Below, piece after piece: positions 9,235 through 18,744 of a DNA stretch of 64,000 nucleotides. The stretch lies in assembly GCA_902634185.1 (NCBI GenBank), contig CACPJC010000002.1, positions 96,001-160,000 of the forward strand, written 5' to 3'. The position numbers and the translations under genes were made by a program. This DNA comes from an uncultured Candidatus Actinomarina sp. GTDB lineage: Bacteria; Actinomycetota; Acidimicrobiia; Actinomarinales; Actinomarinaceae. A model generated the notes under the pieces. That model made no database searches, had not been told where the DNA came from, and saw only the letters and a list, made by a program, of their open reading frames with translations. Positions within the stretch are counted from its first letter, which is position 1, and each line of letters starts with the position of its first letter.

Positions 9235-9930
9235 ATGGAAATTGTTCTAATTAGACACGGTCAACCAAAATGGGTTGATGGTGATCAATATGATCTTAAT
9301 CCTGGCTTAACTGAACTTGGAAAGATACAAGCAGATAAATCTGCTTCATTATTTTCTGAAAATAGCTTTGATGAGCTTTGGGTATCACCATTGAAAAGAG
9401 CCCAGGAAACAATGTATCCTTTTAAAGAAAAAGGGGTAGCGCAAATCCTTAAAACTTTTGATTGGCTCGAGGAAGCCCTTGATGATGAAGAAAAAGAACT
9501 TTTTGGCAAATCCGGTGGTGACATAGAAAAGTTTTTTGAACAGAGAAATGCTATGTCATTCGAGCAGTGGTACGAAAGTGTTCATGGTGAATATATGAAA
9601 GGATTTAGCTCAAATATATTTAATAATCTTGATAAGAATTTAAATTCGATTGGGATCACAAAAGTAAAAAATGACTTTGATTCATTGTTTAATCTAAGTG
9701 AATCCAAAATTGAAAAGCTATTAATCATTTCACATGCTGGAACAATGTCAGCCTTGCTCTCATATTTCTTAGATTTAGATTTGTTTCCTTGGACCTGGCG
9801 AAAATATCTTCCAAGACATGCTGGCCATACTACCTTAAAATCAAGTCAAATATCATCGGGACACTTTTTTCGATTAAAAGAATTCAATAATGTAACATTC
9901 TTAAATTCCGAAGAAGAAAAAACATATTAA
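9235..9930 (+). CDS. Histidine phosphatase (phosphoglycerate mutase family)
   Basis: LIRHG, SPLKRAQET, ISHAG. Confidence 0.9.
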   Translation: MEIVLIRHGQPKWVDGDQYDLNPGLTELGKIQADKSASLFSENSFDELWVSPLKRAQETMYPFKEKGVAQILKTFDWLEEALDDEEKELFGKSGGDIEKFFEQRNAMSFEQWYESVHGEYMKGFSSNIFNNLDKNLNSIGITKVKNDFDSLFNLSESKIEKLLIISHAGTMSALLSYFLDLDLFPWTWRKYLPRHAGHTTLKSSQISSGHFFRLKEFNNVTFLNSEEEKTY

Positions 9931-9955
9931 AAATTAAAGTAATAAAATTCTTTAT

Positions 9956-10624
9956 ATGACGTATACAAAGATACTTCCTGACGTAGATATTCCAACAAAT
10001 ACTCCAAGAAAGAAAAGATTTTTTCTTCAAAAATTAGCATATTTCCTATTACTTTTTGAAGATATAAAAGCTGTTGGGAGCTTTCTTGATAATAAAAGAG
10101 TTATAGTTGTTGCTGCACCGCATCAATCTTTTAAAGATGAATATCTTATGATTCTTATGATCTTAGCTTTAGATATTAAAGTTTCCTATCTTTCTGCTAA
10201 GTGGACAATGCGTAAACTGCCAAACCCTTTTACAAATGCAAAAGACATTGATAATCAAGGAATCAGTTGGCCACTAGGATGGCTGCAGGAAAGATTATTT
10301 AAAAGGTTTGGAGCAATTCCTGTTGATAGGAAAGAAGGCTCTGGTCAGTATGATCTTGTCATTAATGAACTAAAGAAAATTGATAATTTTTTACTAATTG
10401 TTACACCAGAAGGAAGGTTTGATGCAGAGAGGTTTAGATCTAGCTTTGTGTATCTTGCAAAAGAACTTGAGGCTGAAGTAATGCCAGTACAAATTGACTA
10501 TGAAAATAGACAATTAAAATTTCTACCATCATTTGATATGGCTGGAACAAAAGATGACATCATCAAAAGGATGCGATTAAAATTTGATGGTATAAGAGGT
10601 AAAAAGAAAATATTTAGAGCTTGA
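9956..10624 (+). CDS. PlsC-like acyltransferase
   Basis: APHQSFKD, GAIPVDR, TPEG. Confidence 0.8.
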   Translation: MTYTKILPDVDIPTNTPRKKRFFLQKLAYFLLLFEDIKAVGSFLDNKRVIVVAAPHQSFKDEYLMILMILALDIKVSYLSAKWTMRKLPNPFTNAKDIDNQGISWPLGWLQERLFKRFGAIPVDRKEGSGQYDLVINELKKIDNFLLIVTPEGRFDAERFRSSFVYLAKELEAEVMPVQIDYENRQLKFLPSFDMAGTKDDIIKRMRLKFDGIRGKKKIFRA

Positions 10625-11424
10625 TGGAAGAAAAAATCTACAGCCTTATTCGTGATAGAGGGCCATGGTTCCTTAAAAAAAATATTTTTTCAAAATTGAT
10701 ATTTAATTTTTTATCAAAGTATTTACGTATTGATGAATCTATCTATGTTGGTGACCATATACAAAGTATGTCGGGACCTGAAGCTTTTGAATGGCTTGGA
10801 GATACATATACAAAAAATTGTGAAGTAAGTGGATTGAATAATATTCCTGAAGACGGAAAATGTTTAATTGTTGCAAATCATCCAATGGGCCCTGCTGATG
10901 CTGTGGCAATGTATCATAATGTCTACAAAAAAAGAAAAGATACATTCTTTTTTGCAAATGAATTATTTGTTTATTTACTAGGTGCATTTGATGACATGAT
11001 GGCTCCTGTTATTTGGGATAAAGAAAAACAAATACATAAAGCAACAAAAAAAACCATTCAAAGAATGAGAACATTTTTTTCTCAGGAAAGAATTGGAATA
11101 TTGTTTCCATCTGGAAGATTATCGAAATTTACTATCTTTGGTTTGGAGGAAAGGCCTTGGCAAAAAACACCCATAAACATTGCCGAGAGAAATGATTGCT
11201 TATTAATCCCGGCATATATACAAGGACGAAATTCATGGTTTTTTTATTTCGCTTCAATGATAAATAAGCAGTTAAGAGATATATCCCAATTAAATGAACT
11301 TCTAAACAAGAAAAATAAAAAAATAAGAATAATCATTGGAGAACCAGTTTCTAGAAATCAATTACCTGAGAATGATGGGGATGCAATCAAAGAATTAAAG
11401 AAATTATCTGATTCGTTAAAATAA
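10624..11424 (+). CDS. Lysophospholipid acyltransferase family protein
   Basis: VANHPMGPAD, FPSG; TGATG overlap with the previous gene. Confidence 0.8.
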   Translation: MEEKIYSLIRDRGPWFLKKNIFSKLIFNFLSKYLRIDESIYVGDHIQSMSGPEAFEWLGDTYTKNCEVSGLNNIPEDGKCLIVANHPMGPADAVAMYHNVYKKRKDTFFFANELFVYLLGAFDDMMAPVIWDKEKQIHKATKKTIQRMRTFFSQERIGILFPSGRLSKFTIFGLEERPWQKTPINIAERNDCLLIPAYIQGRNSWFFYFASMINKQLRDISQLNELLNKKNKKIRIIIGEPVSRNQLPENDGDAIKELKKLSDSLK

Positions 11425-11431
11425 TTACTTT

Positions 11432-12421
11432 TTAGGAAACAGTCTCTCCAGTAGAAGGACTAACTCCAAGATTTCCAACCATATATCCGAACAGCAACGG
11501 TGTTGTTACTAATCCTCCAAGTCCATAAAATCTCCATGAAAGCTCATAACCACCTGTTATTTCAATTAATAATATGTATAACACAACAGTAAAGCCATAA
11601 AGTGAACCTACTAGAGCTGTAGATATTTGAATTTTTCTATCATGATTAGTTTTGTAATACCAAGTAGCTATTTGATTGACGAAGAAAGCTATAAACGCAC
11701 CTGCTATAAAAGTTCCAATTAATAATTGGAAGTCTCCAAGTAAAAAAATTAAAGCTTGATACATGAATGAAATTAAGAATATTAATGCCATATTTCTTGG
11801 AGAAACATTAAATCTAATTGCATAAACAAAAACAACCGAACCAAGCATGGCTTGAAAAAATACTGATGCTGCAGAAAATGCTTGGTAGATAAATTCATTA
11901 TTTTGAAAAAACATATATGGCTCAAAAAATGGGTTCACAAATTGAGTAATATAAACCACTAATGCATAGCTTGAAGCTAGAGCAAATATGGAAGCTGTAT
12001 CTAAATGTTCTCTATCTGGTCTAGATGCAAAAACATGATCTAACATTAAAAATGCTCCTAAGAATAACATAAGGTGAGAAGGTGTAATTAATGGTTCTAT
12101 GCCAACCTCAATACCAAGCAAAGTATGCCATATAGCATCCGAACCTCCACCAATTGCAAATATAGAAGCTCCTAATATTCCCACATCAAATTTATAATCC
12201 TTCATTTTATTTTTAACGTACACAGCAGACAAAACAACAACGCCAAAACCTGAATATAAAATACCGTGCCATGGAGTAAAAAAAGATTCAAGCTCATCTA
12301 TTACATACCTATGTGCACTGGCATCGACCCATGCTCCAATAAACATCCAAAGCATCGCAAAGATCATTAAATTTCTATATTTTGGCTCCGTGATTGGAGC
12401 TGGGGATAGTTTATTGAACAT
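11432..12421 (-). CDS. Polytopic membrane protein with two D-x3-H...TPxH motifs
   Basis: WVDASAH...FFTPWH and SDAIWH...ITPSH; many TM segments. Confidence 0.75.
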   Translation of the reverse strand: MFNKLSPAPITEPKYRNLMIFAMLWMFIGAWVDASAHRYVIDELESFFTPWHGILYSGFGVVVLSAVYVKNKMKDYKFDVGILGASIFAIGGGSDAIWHTLLGIEVGIEPLITPSHLMLFLGAFLMLDHVFASRPDREHLDTASIFALASSYALVVYITQFVNPFFEPYMFFQNNEFIYQAFSAASVFFQAMLGSVVFVYAIRFNVSPRNMALIFLISFMYQALIFLLGDFQLLIGTFIAGAFIAFFVNQIATWYYKTNHDRKIQISTALVGSLYGFTVVLYILLIEITGGYELSWRFYGLGGLVTTPLLFGYMVGNLGVSPSTGETVS

Positions 12422-12488
12422 AGAAATATTTTATCACGAAACTTTATTCATATTTGTTTGTATCTCTTCTACAAAATAAAATTAATGT

Positions 12489-13652
12489 ATGGACAAATTT
12501 CAGAGGACTTTAACACTGAATAAATCAATCTTATTGGGCCTTAGTTCCATGATTGGTGCTGGTTTGTTTTTTAACATTTCACCTACTTCAAAAATTGCAT
12601 CTTACTCTTCAATATTAGGGTTGTTGCTCGCAGGAACTGTTGCGTTCGCAAATGCTAGTTCATCTGCCCAACTTGCAAGGCTTTTCCCTGAAACAGGAGG
12701 GACTTATCTTTATGCAAAAAATGTTCTAGGGAAGTATCCATCTTTAGTTGCTGGATATTCATTTACTATTGGTAAGTTAATTAGTTGTACTGCGGTAGCT
12801 TTAACACTTGGAAATTATCTTTATCCAGAAAATCCAAAAGTTATATCAATAATATTTATTATTTTTGTCACACTAATAAATTATTTTGGAATCTCAAAGA
12901 CTGTAAATATTGCCAGATGGTTTGTATACACAATAGTTCTAATACTTATTTTTTATATTATATCTGTTACAAGCTCCAGTAATTTTTCATTTGAGATACC
13001 TATTGGAAATGGTTTTTCATTTAAAAATCTTATTCTAAGTGCAAGTATCTGGTTCTTTGCATTTACAGGGTATTCAAGACTTGCAACATTCGGTGAAGAG
13101 GTCGATAACCCAGAAAAAATTATACCTAAGGCAATACTTGTTGGTTTAGGAATTACATTATTTTTATATGTCTCTACGTCATTTGTTACACTTGGAATTG
13201 TAAATCCAAGTATCATTGAAAATTCCTTAACTCCATTAAAAGTCGCATTTGACTTGAGTCGTTTTTCTGAGTTTTCATATCTAATTATTATTGCATCAAC
13301 TGTTGCTACAGGATCTGTGTTACTCGCTCTTTTGCCGGGGATAAGTAGGGTATTAGTAGCAATGGCAAGAGATAAAAAAATTCCAAGCTTATTTAAGACC
13401 ATCCATTCAAAACAAAATTCTGCTTATATTGCAGATATATTTGTTGGTTTTATTGTTGTGGTTGGTATTTTAAATTTTGATGTATTATCAGCTGTAAAAT
13501 TAAGTGCAATATTCATATTAATTTATTACTCAATTACAAATCTTTGTGTCATTAGGCTTGAAAAATCTAAAAGAATATTTCCTATCTTTATATCTGCATA
13601 TGGACTGCTCCTTTGTGTAGTTCTTGGAATCTTTCTTGTAATTTATTTTTAA
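12489..13652 (+). CDS. APC-family amino acid permease
   Basis: GLSSMIGAGLF, PETGGTYLY, FFAFTGY...EEVDNP. Confidence 0.9.
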   Translation: MDKFQRTLTLNKSILLGLSSMIGAGLFFNISPTSKIASYSSILGLLLAGTVAFANASSSAQLARLFPETGGTYLYAKNVLGKYPSLVAGYSFTIGKLISCTAVALTLGNYLYPENPKVISIIFIIFVTLINYFGISKTVNIARWFVYTIVLILIFYIISVTSSSNFSFEIPIGNGFSFKNLILSASIWFFAFTGYSRLATFGEEVDNPEKIIPKAILVGLGITLFLYVSTSFVTLGIVNPSIIENSLTPLKVAFDLSRFSEFSYLIIIASTVATGSVLLALLPGISRVLVAMARDKKIPSLFKTIHSKQNSAYIADIFVGFIVVVGILNFDVLSAVKLSAIFILIYYSITNLCVIRLEKSKRIFPIFISAYGLLLCVVLGIFLVIYF

Positions 13653-13678
13653 ATCTGATCAGAGTTATTCTTATAACT

Positions 13679-13759
13679 ATGGATGTAAAAAGAATTGTTG
13701 CTCTAGCTTTTGTTCTACTTATCCCTATGTTTGTAGGTTTTCTATATTTAATGCTATAG
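13679..13759 (+). CDS. Putative 26-aa single-TM micro-protein
   Basis: MDVKRIVALAFVLLIPMFVGFLYLML*; TATTCT -10-like element 7 nt upstream. Confidence 0.45.
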   Translation: MDVKRIVALAFVLLIPMFVGFLYLML

Positions 13760-13800
13760 TTTCACAAACACAATATATTTGTGAAAATTTTTGCACAATC

Positions 13801-13829
13801 TTGCATGTTTGTGATACAAAATCTATAAT
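13801..13829 (+). promoter_or_regulatory. Near-consensus sigma70 promoter
   Basis: TTGCAT-17nt-TATAAT. Confidence 0.65.
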
Positions 13830-13835
13830 TAATCT

Positions 13836-13900
13836 ATAGGCCGACTGCTTGTATGCGTTATTGAGTCACTCAAACACTCTTCCAAATGTAGTTGGCCTAT
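13836..13900 (+). ncRNA. Candidate 65-nt small RNA with a 13-bp closing stem
   Basis: ATAGGCCGACTGC pairs with GTAGTTGGCCTAT (2 G-U on the + strand); inner hairpin TTGAG-TCA-CTCAA; starts 6 nt after TATAAT. Confidence 0.5.
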
Positions 13901-13916
13901 GCTCTAAAATGATCCT

Positions 13917-14408
13917 ATGAACAATATTCTATCTATTAAGAGAACTAAGAAGCTTGATTTTTCTAAAGATGAAGTCTGGAATGTAATAACAACGCCAAAT
14001 TATTTAAATGAGACTCATCCATTTTGTAAAAATAATACTGTTGTCACCTGGCCGGGTATCGGGTCGAAGGATACCTTAGAGTATTTAAGTGGGCTTACTT
14101 TTGAAAGAGAGTTTACCGATTGGGATGAAAATGGTTACGATTTAATAATTGGTACCAAAAAAGGAAAAAAATCAAAAGTCAAATGGAGGTTATCTGGTGA
14201 CGATATTTCATCTGAGTTATCAATTCAAGTCAATACTTATCCCCTTAAAAAATTTCCAGGTCCCTTATATATTATTCCCTTTGTTTTTCAAATTAATCCT
14301 CTGTTGAGTCGTTATCTAGATTCAGTTTTAGGAGGAATTGAATATTTTTTAAAGAATAAAAAGGCAGTTCCAAGAAATCATTTTGGAACTCATAAATGGT
14401 TTTCTTAA
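13917..14408 (+). CDS. SRPBCC/START-like hypothetical protein
   Basis: N-terminal EVWNVIT...HPF pattern; leaderless -10 TAAAAT. Confidence 0.6.
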   Translation: MNNILSIKRTKKLDFSKDEVWNVITTPNYLNETHPFCKNNTVVTWPGIGSKDTLEYLSGLTFEREFTDWDENGYDLIIGTKKGKKSKVKWRLSGDDISSELSIQVNTYPLKKFPGPLYIIPFVFQINPLLSRYLDSVLGGIEYFLKNKKAVPRNHFGTHKWFS

Positions 14409-14409
14409 G

Positions 14410-14448
14410 TTAGTTTTCGTCTTCGCATCCGCACTCTGGACAAAACAT
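14410..14448 (-). CDS. Putative 12-aa Cys-rich micro-peptide MFCPECGCEDEN
   Basis: ATG 5 nt after AAGGAG, 2 nt after the upstream stop; GC-rich relative to local intergenic DNA. Confidence 0.45.
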   Translation of the reverse strand: MFCPECGCEDEN

Positions 14449-14450
14449 AT

Positions 14451-14819
14451 TTACTCCTTTTCTTGAATTTTAATTATTGCACGATTTTCGTTGGAACCTC
14501 GTATAAACATTTTAGACATTGAACCATACTTTTTAATTATTTTATCCAAAGCTGCTTGTTTATTTTCTTTATCATCAATGATTGATGCATTTACATCAAG
14601 TGGATCTGAAAGAGTACTACTGCCAATCTGATCTGTAACATAAATTGTTGCTCTACCATTGTTATTTATTCTTTTCACTTTTCCAGCTGATTTACTAGAA
14701 GTAATAACTAAATAATTTTCATGTTTTGCAACCCATACAGGTGTCTTTACAGAGGTGTTATCTTTTTTATAAGTGATTAAGTTAATATATTCATGGTCTC
14801 CAAAATCTAATAAGTTCAT
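14451..14819 (-). CDS. PPOX-class (F420-dependent-like) oxidoreductase
   Basis: YINLITYKKD..VKTPVW, AGKVKRI, KKYG. Confidence 0.8.
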   Translation of the reverse strand: MNLLDFGDHEYINLITYKKDNTSVKTPVWVAKHENYLVITSSKSAGKVKRINNNGRATIYVTDQIGSSTLSDPLDVNASIIDDKENKQAALDKIIKKYGSMSKMFIRGSNENRAIIKIQEKE

Positions 14820-14821
14820 AT

Positions 14822-14944
14822 CTAGAAATAGTTTAACAAAAGTGAAGGTAGTTGAATTAACCTTCTAGCAAGATAAGCATCAGAAAATAAGAGATATAAA
14901 AAAATAACAAGAAAAATTATCAGTCTAATATTATTTTTTTTCAC
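14822..14944 (-). CDS. Putative 40-aa single-TM micro-protein
   Basis: MKKNNIRLIIFLVIFLYLLFSDAYLARRLIQLPSLLLNYF*; GTGA overlap with the upstream stop. Confidence 0.45.
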   Translation of the reverse strand: MKKNNIRLIIFLVIFLYLLFSDAYLARRLIQLPSLLLNYF

Positions 14945-16053
14945 TTATTCTTTATCGGGTTTCTCAAACCAAACAAAGGACGTAAGATTTTAAAATTCTT
15001 TATGGAATGATAAAAAGTAAGGCTACAAAAACAGATTAAAAATAAAATTAAAAAATATTTTAGTAATGGATTAATTCCCCAACCTCCTAACCAAATCATT
15101 AATACATGTTGAATAGGGAGGTGGACAATATAAACAGGAAATATTGCTTGTTTGTAATAATCAAGTTGGCTTGATGATTTATTTAGAAAGTTTGCCGAAA
15201 TACCAAGTAAAAAAAAGATAAAGTTATAAGATTCAAAAGCTACTAATGCCCCATTGATATCTTGAAAATCATTTAATAACCTGTTGATGTATAAAATTAT
15301 TCCTAGGGTTAGATTAAATCGCCAATTGTACTCAAGGGCTATCCAAAAATCTTTCTCCTGAGACACCATAATTATTCCAATACCAAACCATAGAAATCCG
15401 AGGATTAAACCGTGAAGAGTATCCATATATGCAATATAAAAGTTGTAACCGTACCAGATAGGAAGTGAGTCAAGTAGATAACCTTCTAAAACAATAGGAA
15501 GAGCAAAGAAAAACATCCCAAACCTATTTTTTAAGAGGTTAGTGACTAATCTATTTTTTTTTGAAAATAAAGATAATTTTCTAGCAAATAAAAGGTAAAT
15601 AAAACTGTATAAAAGAATATTAAACAGAAACCATAAATGTCCGTCTTCAGGGAACCAAAGTATTTCAGACTCTCCTTTTGTATTCCAGAAATAAGTTACT
15701 AGCAACAAGGATGCAGAGCCAAAGGTAAAGATACCAAAAACATAGGGAATTCCTAAAACTTTTAATCTTTCAATTAATAATACTTTTGGTTTTCTATTTG
15801 CGAATGAGTATCTGAAGGCAATTCCTGAAATTAAAAATAAAATTGGTATACGCCATGTATTTATGAGTTCCATAAATAAACCAAGATAATCAAAATTCTT
15901 ATTATTAGGTATAAACCAATACGGGGACCAAGATACAAATGACCAAGCTAAGTGATATGCAATTAATAAAAACATAGCAATCACTCTAAGAGAATCAATG
16001 TCATGCCTTCTGTCTTTATAATAAGTCAAGGATTCTTTGTCATTTTCATTCAT
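14941..16053 (-). CDS. Acyltransferase-3 family membrane protein (OpgC/MdoC-like)
   Basis: RRHDIDSLR, WRIPILFLISG, HLWFL, YIVH. Confidence 0.85.
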   Translation of the reverse strand: MNENDKESLTYYKDRRHDIDSLRVIAMFLLIAYHLAWSFVSWSPYWFIPNNKNFDYLGLFMELINTWRIPILFLISGIAFRYSFANRKPKVLLIERLKVLGIPYVFGIFTFGSASLLLVTYFWNTKGESEILWFPEDGHLWFLFNILLYSFIYLLFARKLSLFSKKNRLVTNLLKNRFGMFFFALPIVLEGYLLDSLPIWYGYNFYIAYMDTLHGLILGFLWFGIGIIMVSQEKDFWIALEYNWRFNLTLGIILYINRLLNDFQDINGALVAFESYNFIFFLLGISANFLNKSSSQLDYYKQAIFPVYIVHLPIQHVLMIWLGGWGINPLLKYFLILFLICFCSLTFYHSIKNFKILRPLFGLRNPIKNK

Positions 16054-16117
16054 ATATAAAACTTTAAGCCTTTATCGAATGTATTTTAAATTAGGTCTTA
16101 GGGTATTATTTTACTTT

Positions 16118-16759
16118 TTAAATTGTGTTTCCAGCCTTAAAATCAACAAATTGTTTTAGCGCATATGGCTCACCATAATAATCGTCAAACCCATTCATCA
16201 ATGGCATAAACTTTTCATATATATTTTCTTCACTATTCAGTTTTTCATCAAAATCATGCTTTGCATCATGAGAATCCCAAAATTCAAATAAAACTATATT
16301 TTCTTCATCGACCTTAAAAGCTCCATAGGAGATAATTCCTTCATCTTCTTCAAGTTTTGGTAAATAAATTTCTTTTTGGAGTTCCATATAATCATCGGCA
16401 TTTTTAACTTCTAATTTTGCAAATGCTAAAAACATGGACTCTTTTGGCTCTTTGATTAATGAATCTTTTAAAGTTTTTCCGGTGATCAATTCACCTTCAT
16501 ACACTCTTGGAAAACTATCAAGTAAATCTTGGATTTGCATTAAATTTTCATTTCTAATTGCTGCAAATTTATCTGCTGTTTCTTTATCTTTCATAAATGC
16601 GATACCTAGGTTTACATTATCTTTTGGATTAAAGAACGCGATTGAATACATATCACCTTTAAGAGGTTCTAAAGCTGGGAAGCCAGAGTTTTCAAAAAAA
16701 TCTTTGAGCTCCCCTAGCTTCCCATCTTTAAATAAAATTGTTACTGCAACCGCATACAT
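16118..16759 (-). CDS. Tandem ABM-like (dimeric alpha/beta barrel) protein, paralog 3
   Basis: MYAV start with TAATG overlap; FEFWDS motif; C-terminal DFKAGN. Confidence 0.65.
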   Translation of the reverse strand: MYAVAVTILFKDGKLGELKDFFENSGFPALEPLKGDMYSIAFFNPKDNVNLGIAFMKDKETADKFAAIRNENLMQIQDLLDSFPRVYEGELITGKTLKDSLIKEPKESMFLAFAKLEVKNADDYMELQKEIYLPKLEEDEGIISYGAFKVDEENIVLFEFWDSHDAKHDFDEKLNSEENIYEKFMPLMNGFDDYYGEPYALKQFVDFKAGNTI

Positions 16760-17367
16760 TAACTTGCGTAAGCCTTTGATATCGCAAAAAACCAAGCAGG
16801 GGTCAAAACTACTCCAAGAATTACATTCAATGGTATAAATGCTGCATCAGGAAATAACCCAGCAAGAAAAACTAAAGTTACTATTCCAATTCCATACCCA
16901 ACTGTATTTCCTACTGCTGGTCCCCATGATGGCAAAATATCTTTTCCATATTTTGCAAATTGTATATTCCAGGGAGCTATAAAAAGAAAAACTGCTGGGG
17001 TTGTATAAAAAACAAAATCAGCAGCCATATCAGCTGTTAAAGAAGTTTCATTAAATGCATTATAGATTGCAGAAGGAACAAGAGCAATTACTACACCTAC
17101 AGCAGAGACTGTGTAGGCTAACCCAATTGATCCAGTGAGTAATGGTTTGTCTTTATCATCAAGAAGCTTTCCGGATAATCTAACAACTCCCATTCCAGCC
17201 ATAAATTGGAGAGCATTTGATATTCCAATTATTGGTCCCCAGGTTTCATTGTAACCTGATGCATCTGGTCCTAATACAAATACTTGAATAAGAAAATTTG
17301 CAAGCAATAAAGTTAATGCTCCAAGTGCAAATCGTCTTCCAAGATTTTTTTCTTCAGCTGTTATCAT
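16759..17367 (-). CDS. Uncharacterised multi-TM membrane protein
   Basis: About six hydrophobic segments; translationally coupled within the operon. Confidence 0.75.
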   Translation of the reverse strand: MITAEEKNLGRRFALGALTLLLANFLIQVFVLGPDASGYNETWGPIIGISNALQFMAGMGVVRLSGKLLDDKDKPLLTGSIGLAYTVSAVGVVIALVPSAIYNAFNETSLTADMAADFVFYTTPAVFLFIAPWNIQFAKYGKDILPSWGPAVGNTVGYGIGIVTLVFLAGLFPDAAFIPLNVILGVVLTPAWFFAISKAYAS

Positions 17368-17369
17368 TT

Positions 17370-18020
17370 TTATTTACTCCAATCTGATAGTTTTCCTGCA
17401 GGAAAACTTACATTATTTATATATATCTTGCACACCCCAGTAACAACAGTTGGTGGACTTTTAATATAAGTCATGGCATCTGCCATTATTTGTTGAAATT
17501 TTTCCTGGGATGAATCTATTGCTTCTTGTGATTCCCAATTGCTCAAAGTGACACCCTTGTTGTCACCTACATCTGCAGCTAAAGCACCTATTAAACCATC
17601 TGTACCTTCATACCCTGCATACACAGTATTTTGAATCCAATCTGTGAATTCATCAATTTTTTCTTCGTCATATTCTGATCCAAATCCTAAGCGAACAACA
17701 AAGGGTTGAACTGGATCGTCTTTTCTTACAGTTTGATAAATTTGACCGGCATTCATTGGTCCAAATGAAATAGTTGGTGGCCCGCTGACAAATTCTCCCA
17801 ATCCACTTAGTGCTTCTTGAATTTGTGGTCCAGCAGCATTCATTGCGTCTTCATTAGCCCACAAACTCCAAGAAGTCATTTGACCATTATCCATTTCAGC
17901 AATACAAATCTGAAATAAACCAGGCGTATCCCTAAAAGAATCGGCCACGCTTTCAGCGTATGCTATAGTTTCCTCCATTTTTCCCTCTTGTATGTCAACT
18001 TGCGTTAATCTAAAGTACAT
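17370..18020 (-). CDS. Tandem ABM-like protein, paralog 2
   Basis: MYFRLT..., PGL, SLWANEDA and SNWESQEA in two repeated domains; C-terminal SFPAGKL; AGGAG RBS. Confidence 0.7.
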   Translation of the reverse strand: MYFRLTQVDIQEGKMEETIAYAESVADSFRDTPGLFQICIAEMDNGQMTSWSLWANEDAMNAAGPQIQEALSGLGEFVSGPPTISFGPMNAGQIYQTVRKDDPVQPFVVRLGFGSEYDEEKIDEFTDWIQNTVYAGYEGTDGLIGALAADVGDNKGVTLSNWESQEAIDSSQEKFQQIMADAMTYIKSPPTVVTGVCKIYINNVSFPAGKLSDWSK

Positions 18021-18044
18021 ATTTTCTCCTTTTAATTTATTTTT

Positions 18045-18686
18045 CTACAATTTTCCAACAGGAAAATCTACATAGTTTTTCCATATATCACATTGACCAG
18101 TTACTTCTTGTGGCGGTTCTGAAATAAGGTTTGCGACCGCATCAGAAACTACAGATGCAATAACATCAGATGCTGAGTGTGCAGCGTCATGATCAGTCCA
18201 AAAATTGAAACTAAATCCTTTATCGTCTGCTACTTTACAAGCACCCGTTCCGTAAATCCCTTCGACATTTTCATAAGCTGGATAAACAGTGTTTGTCATA
18301 AATTCTGCTACGTCATCATAGGTCTTACCCTCTTGAGTTCCTCCTCCTAAAACGAATCTTGCAAAAAATCCATCTTCGCCTTCCTTGGATACTGCAATAT
18401 ATTGTTGTCCAGCAACCATAGGTCCTTCCATCACTTCTGGTTGACCATCAAGCATCTCTGCCGCTCCTGCTAGAGCCTGATTAAATTTATCAATTGAAGC
18501 TTCTTTAGCTTCTTCGTTAGCCCAAGTAGACCATGCCATAAATCTTCCATCATTTGTTGCACATGCAGCTATTCCTAGTAACCCTGAAATCCCATCGTAA
18601 GACGGAATGACTTTATTTTTGACGTATTCAAGGGCATTGTCCATTTCACCCTCATTCACATCTGCAAGTGTAAGTCTTACATACAT
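18045..18686 (-). CDS. Tandem ABM-like protein, paralog 1
   Basis: MYVRLT..., STWANEEA and NFWTDHDA; C-terminal DFPVGKL; AGGAG RBS. Confidence 0.7.
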   Translation of the reverse strand: MYVRLTLADVNEGEMDNALEYVKNKVIPSYDGISGLLGIAACATNDGRFMAWSTWANEEAKEASIDKFNQALAGAAEMLDGQPEVMEGPMVAGQQYIAVSKEGEDGFFARFVLGGGTQEGKTYDDVAEFMTNTVYPAYENVEGIYGTGACKVADDKGFSFNFWTDHDAAHSASDVIASVVSDAVANLISEPPQEVTGQCDIWKNYVDFPVGKL

Positions 18687-18744
18687 TTTTACTCCTAACG
18701 TTATTTGTAGTCAGTTAAGTATGTTTACATTGCCCTATCTTTTT

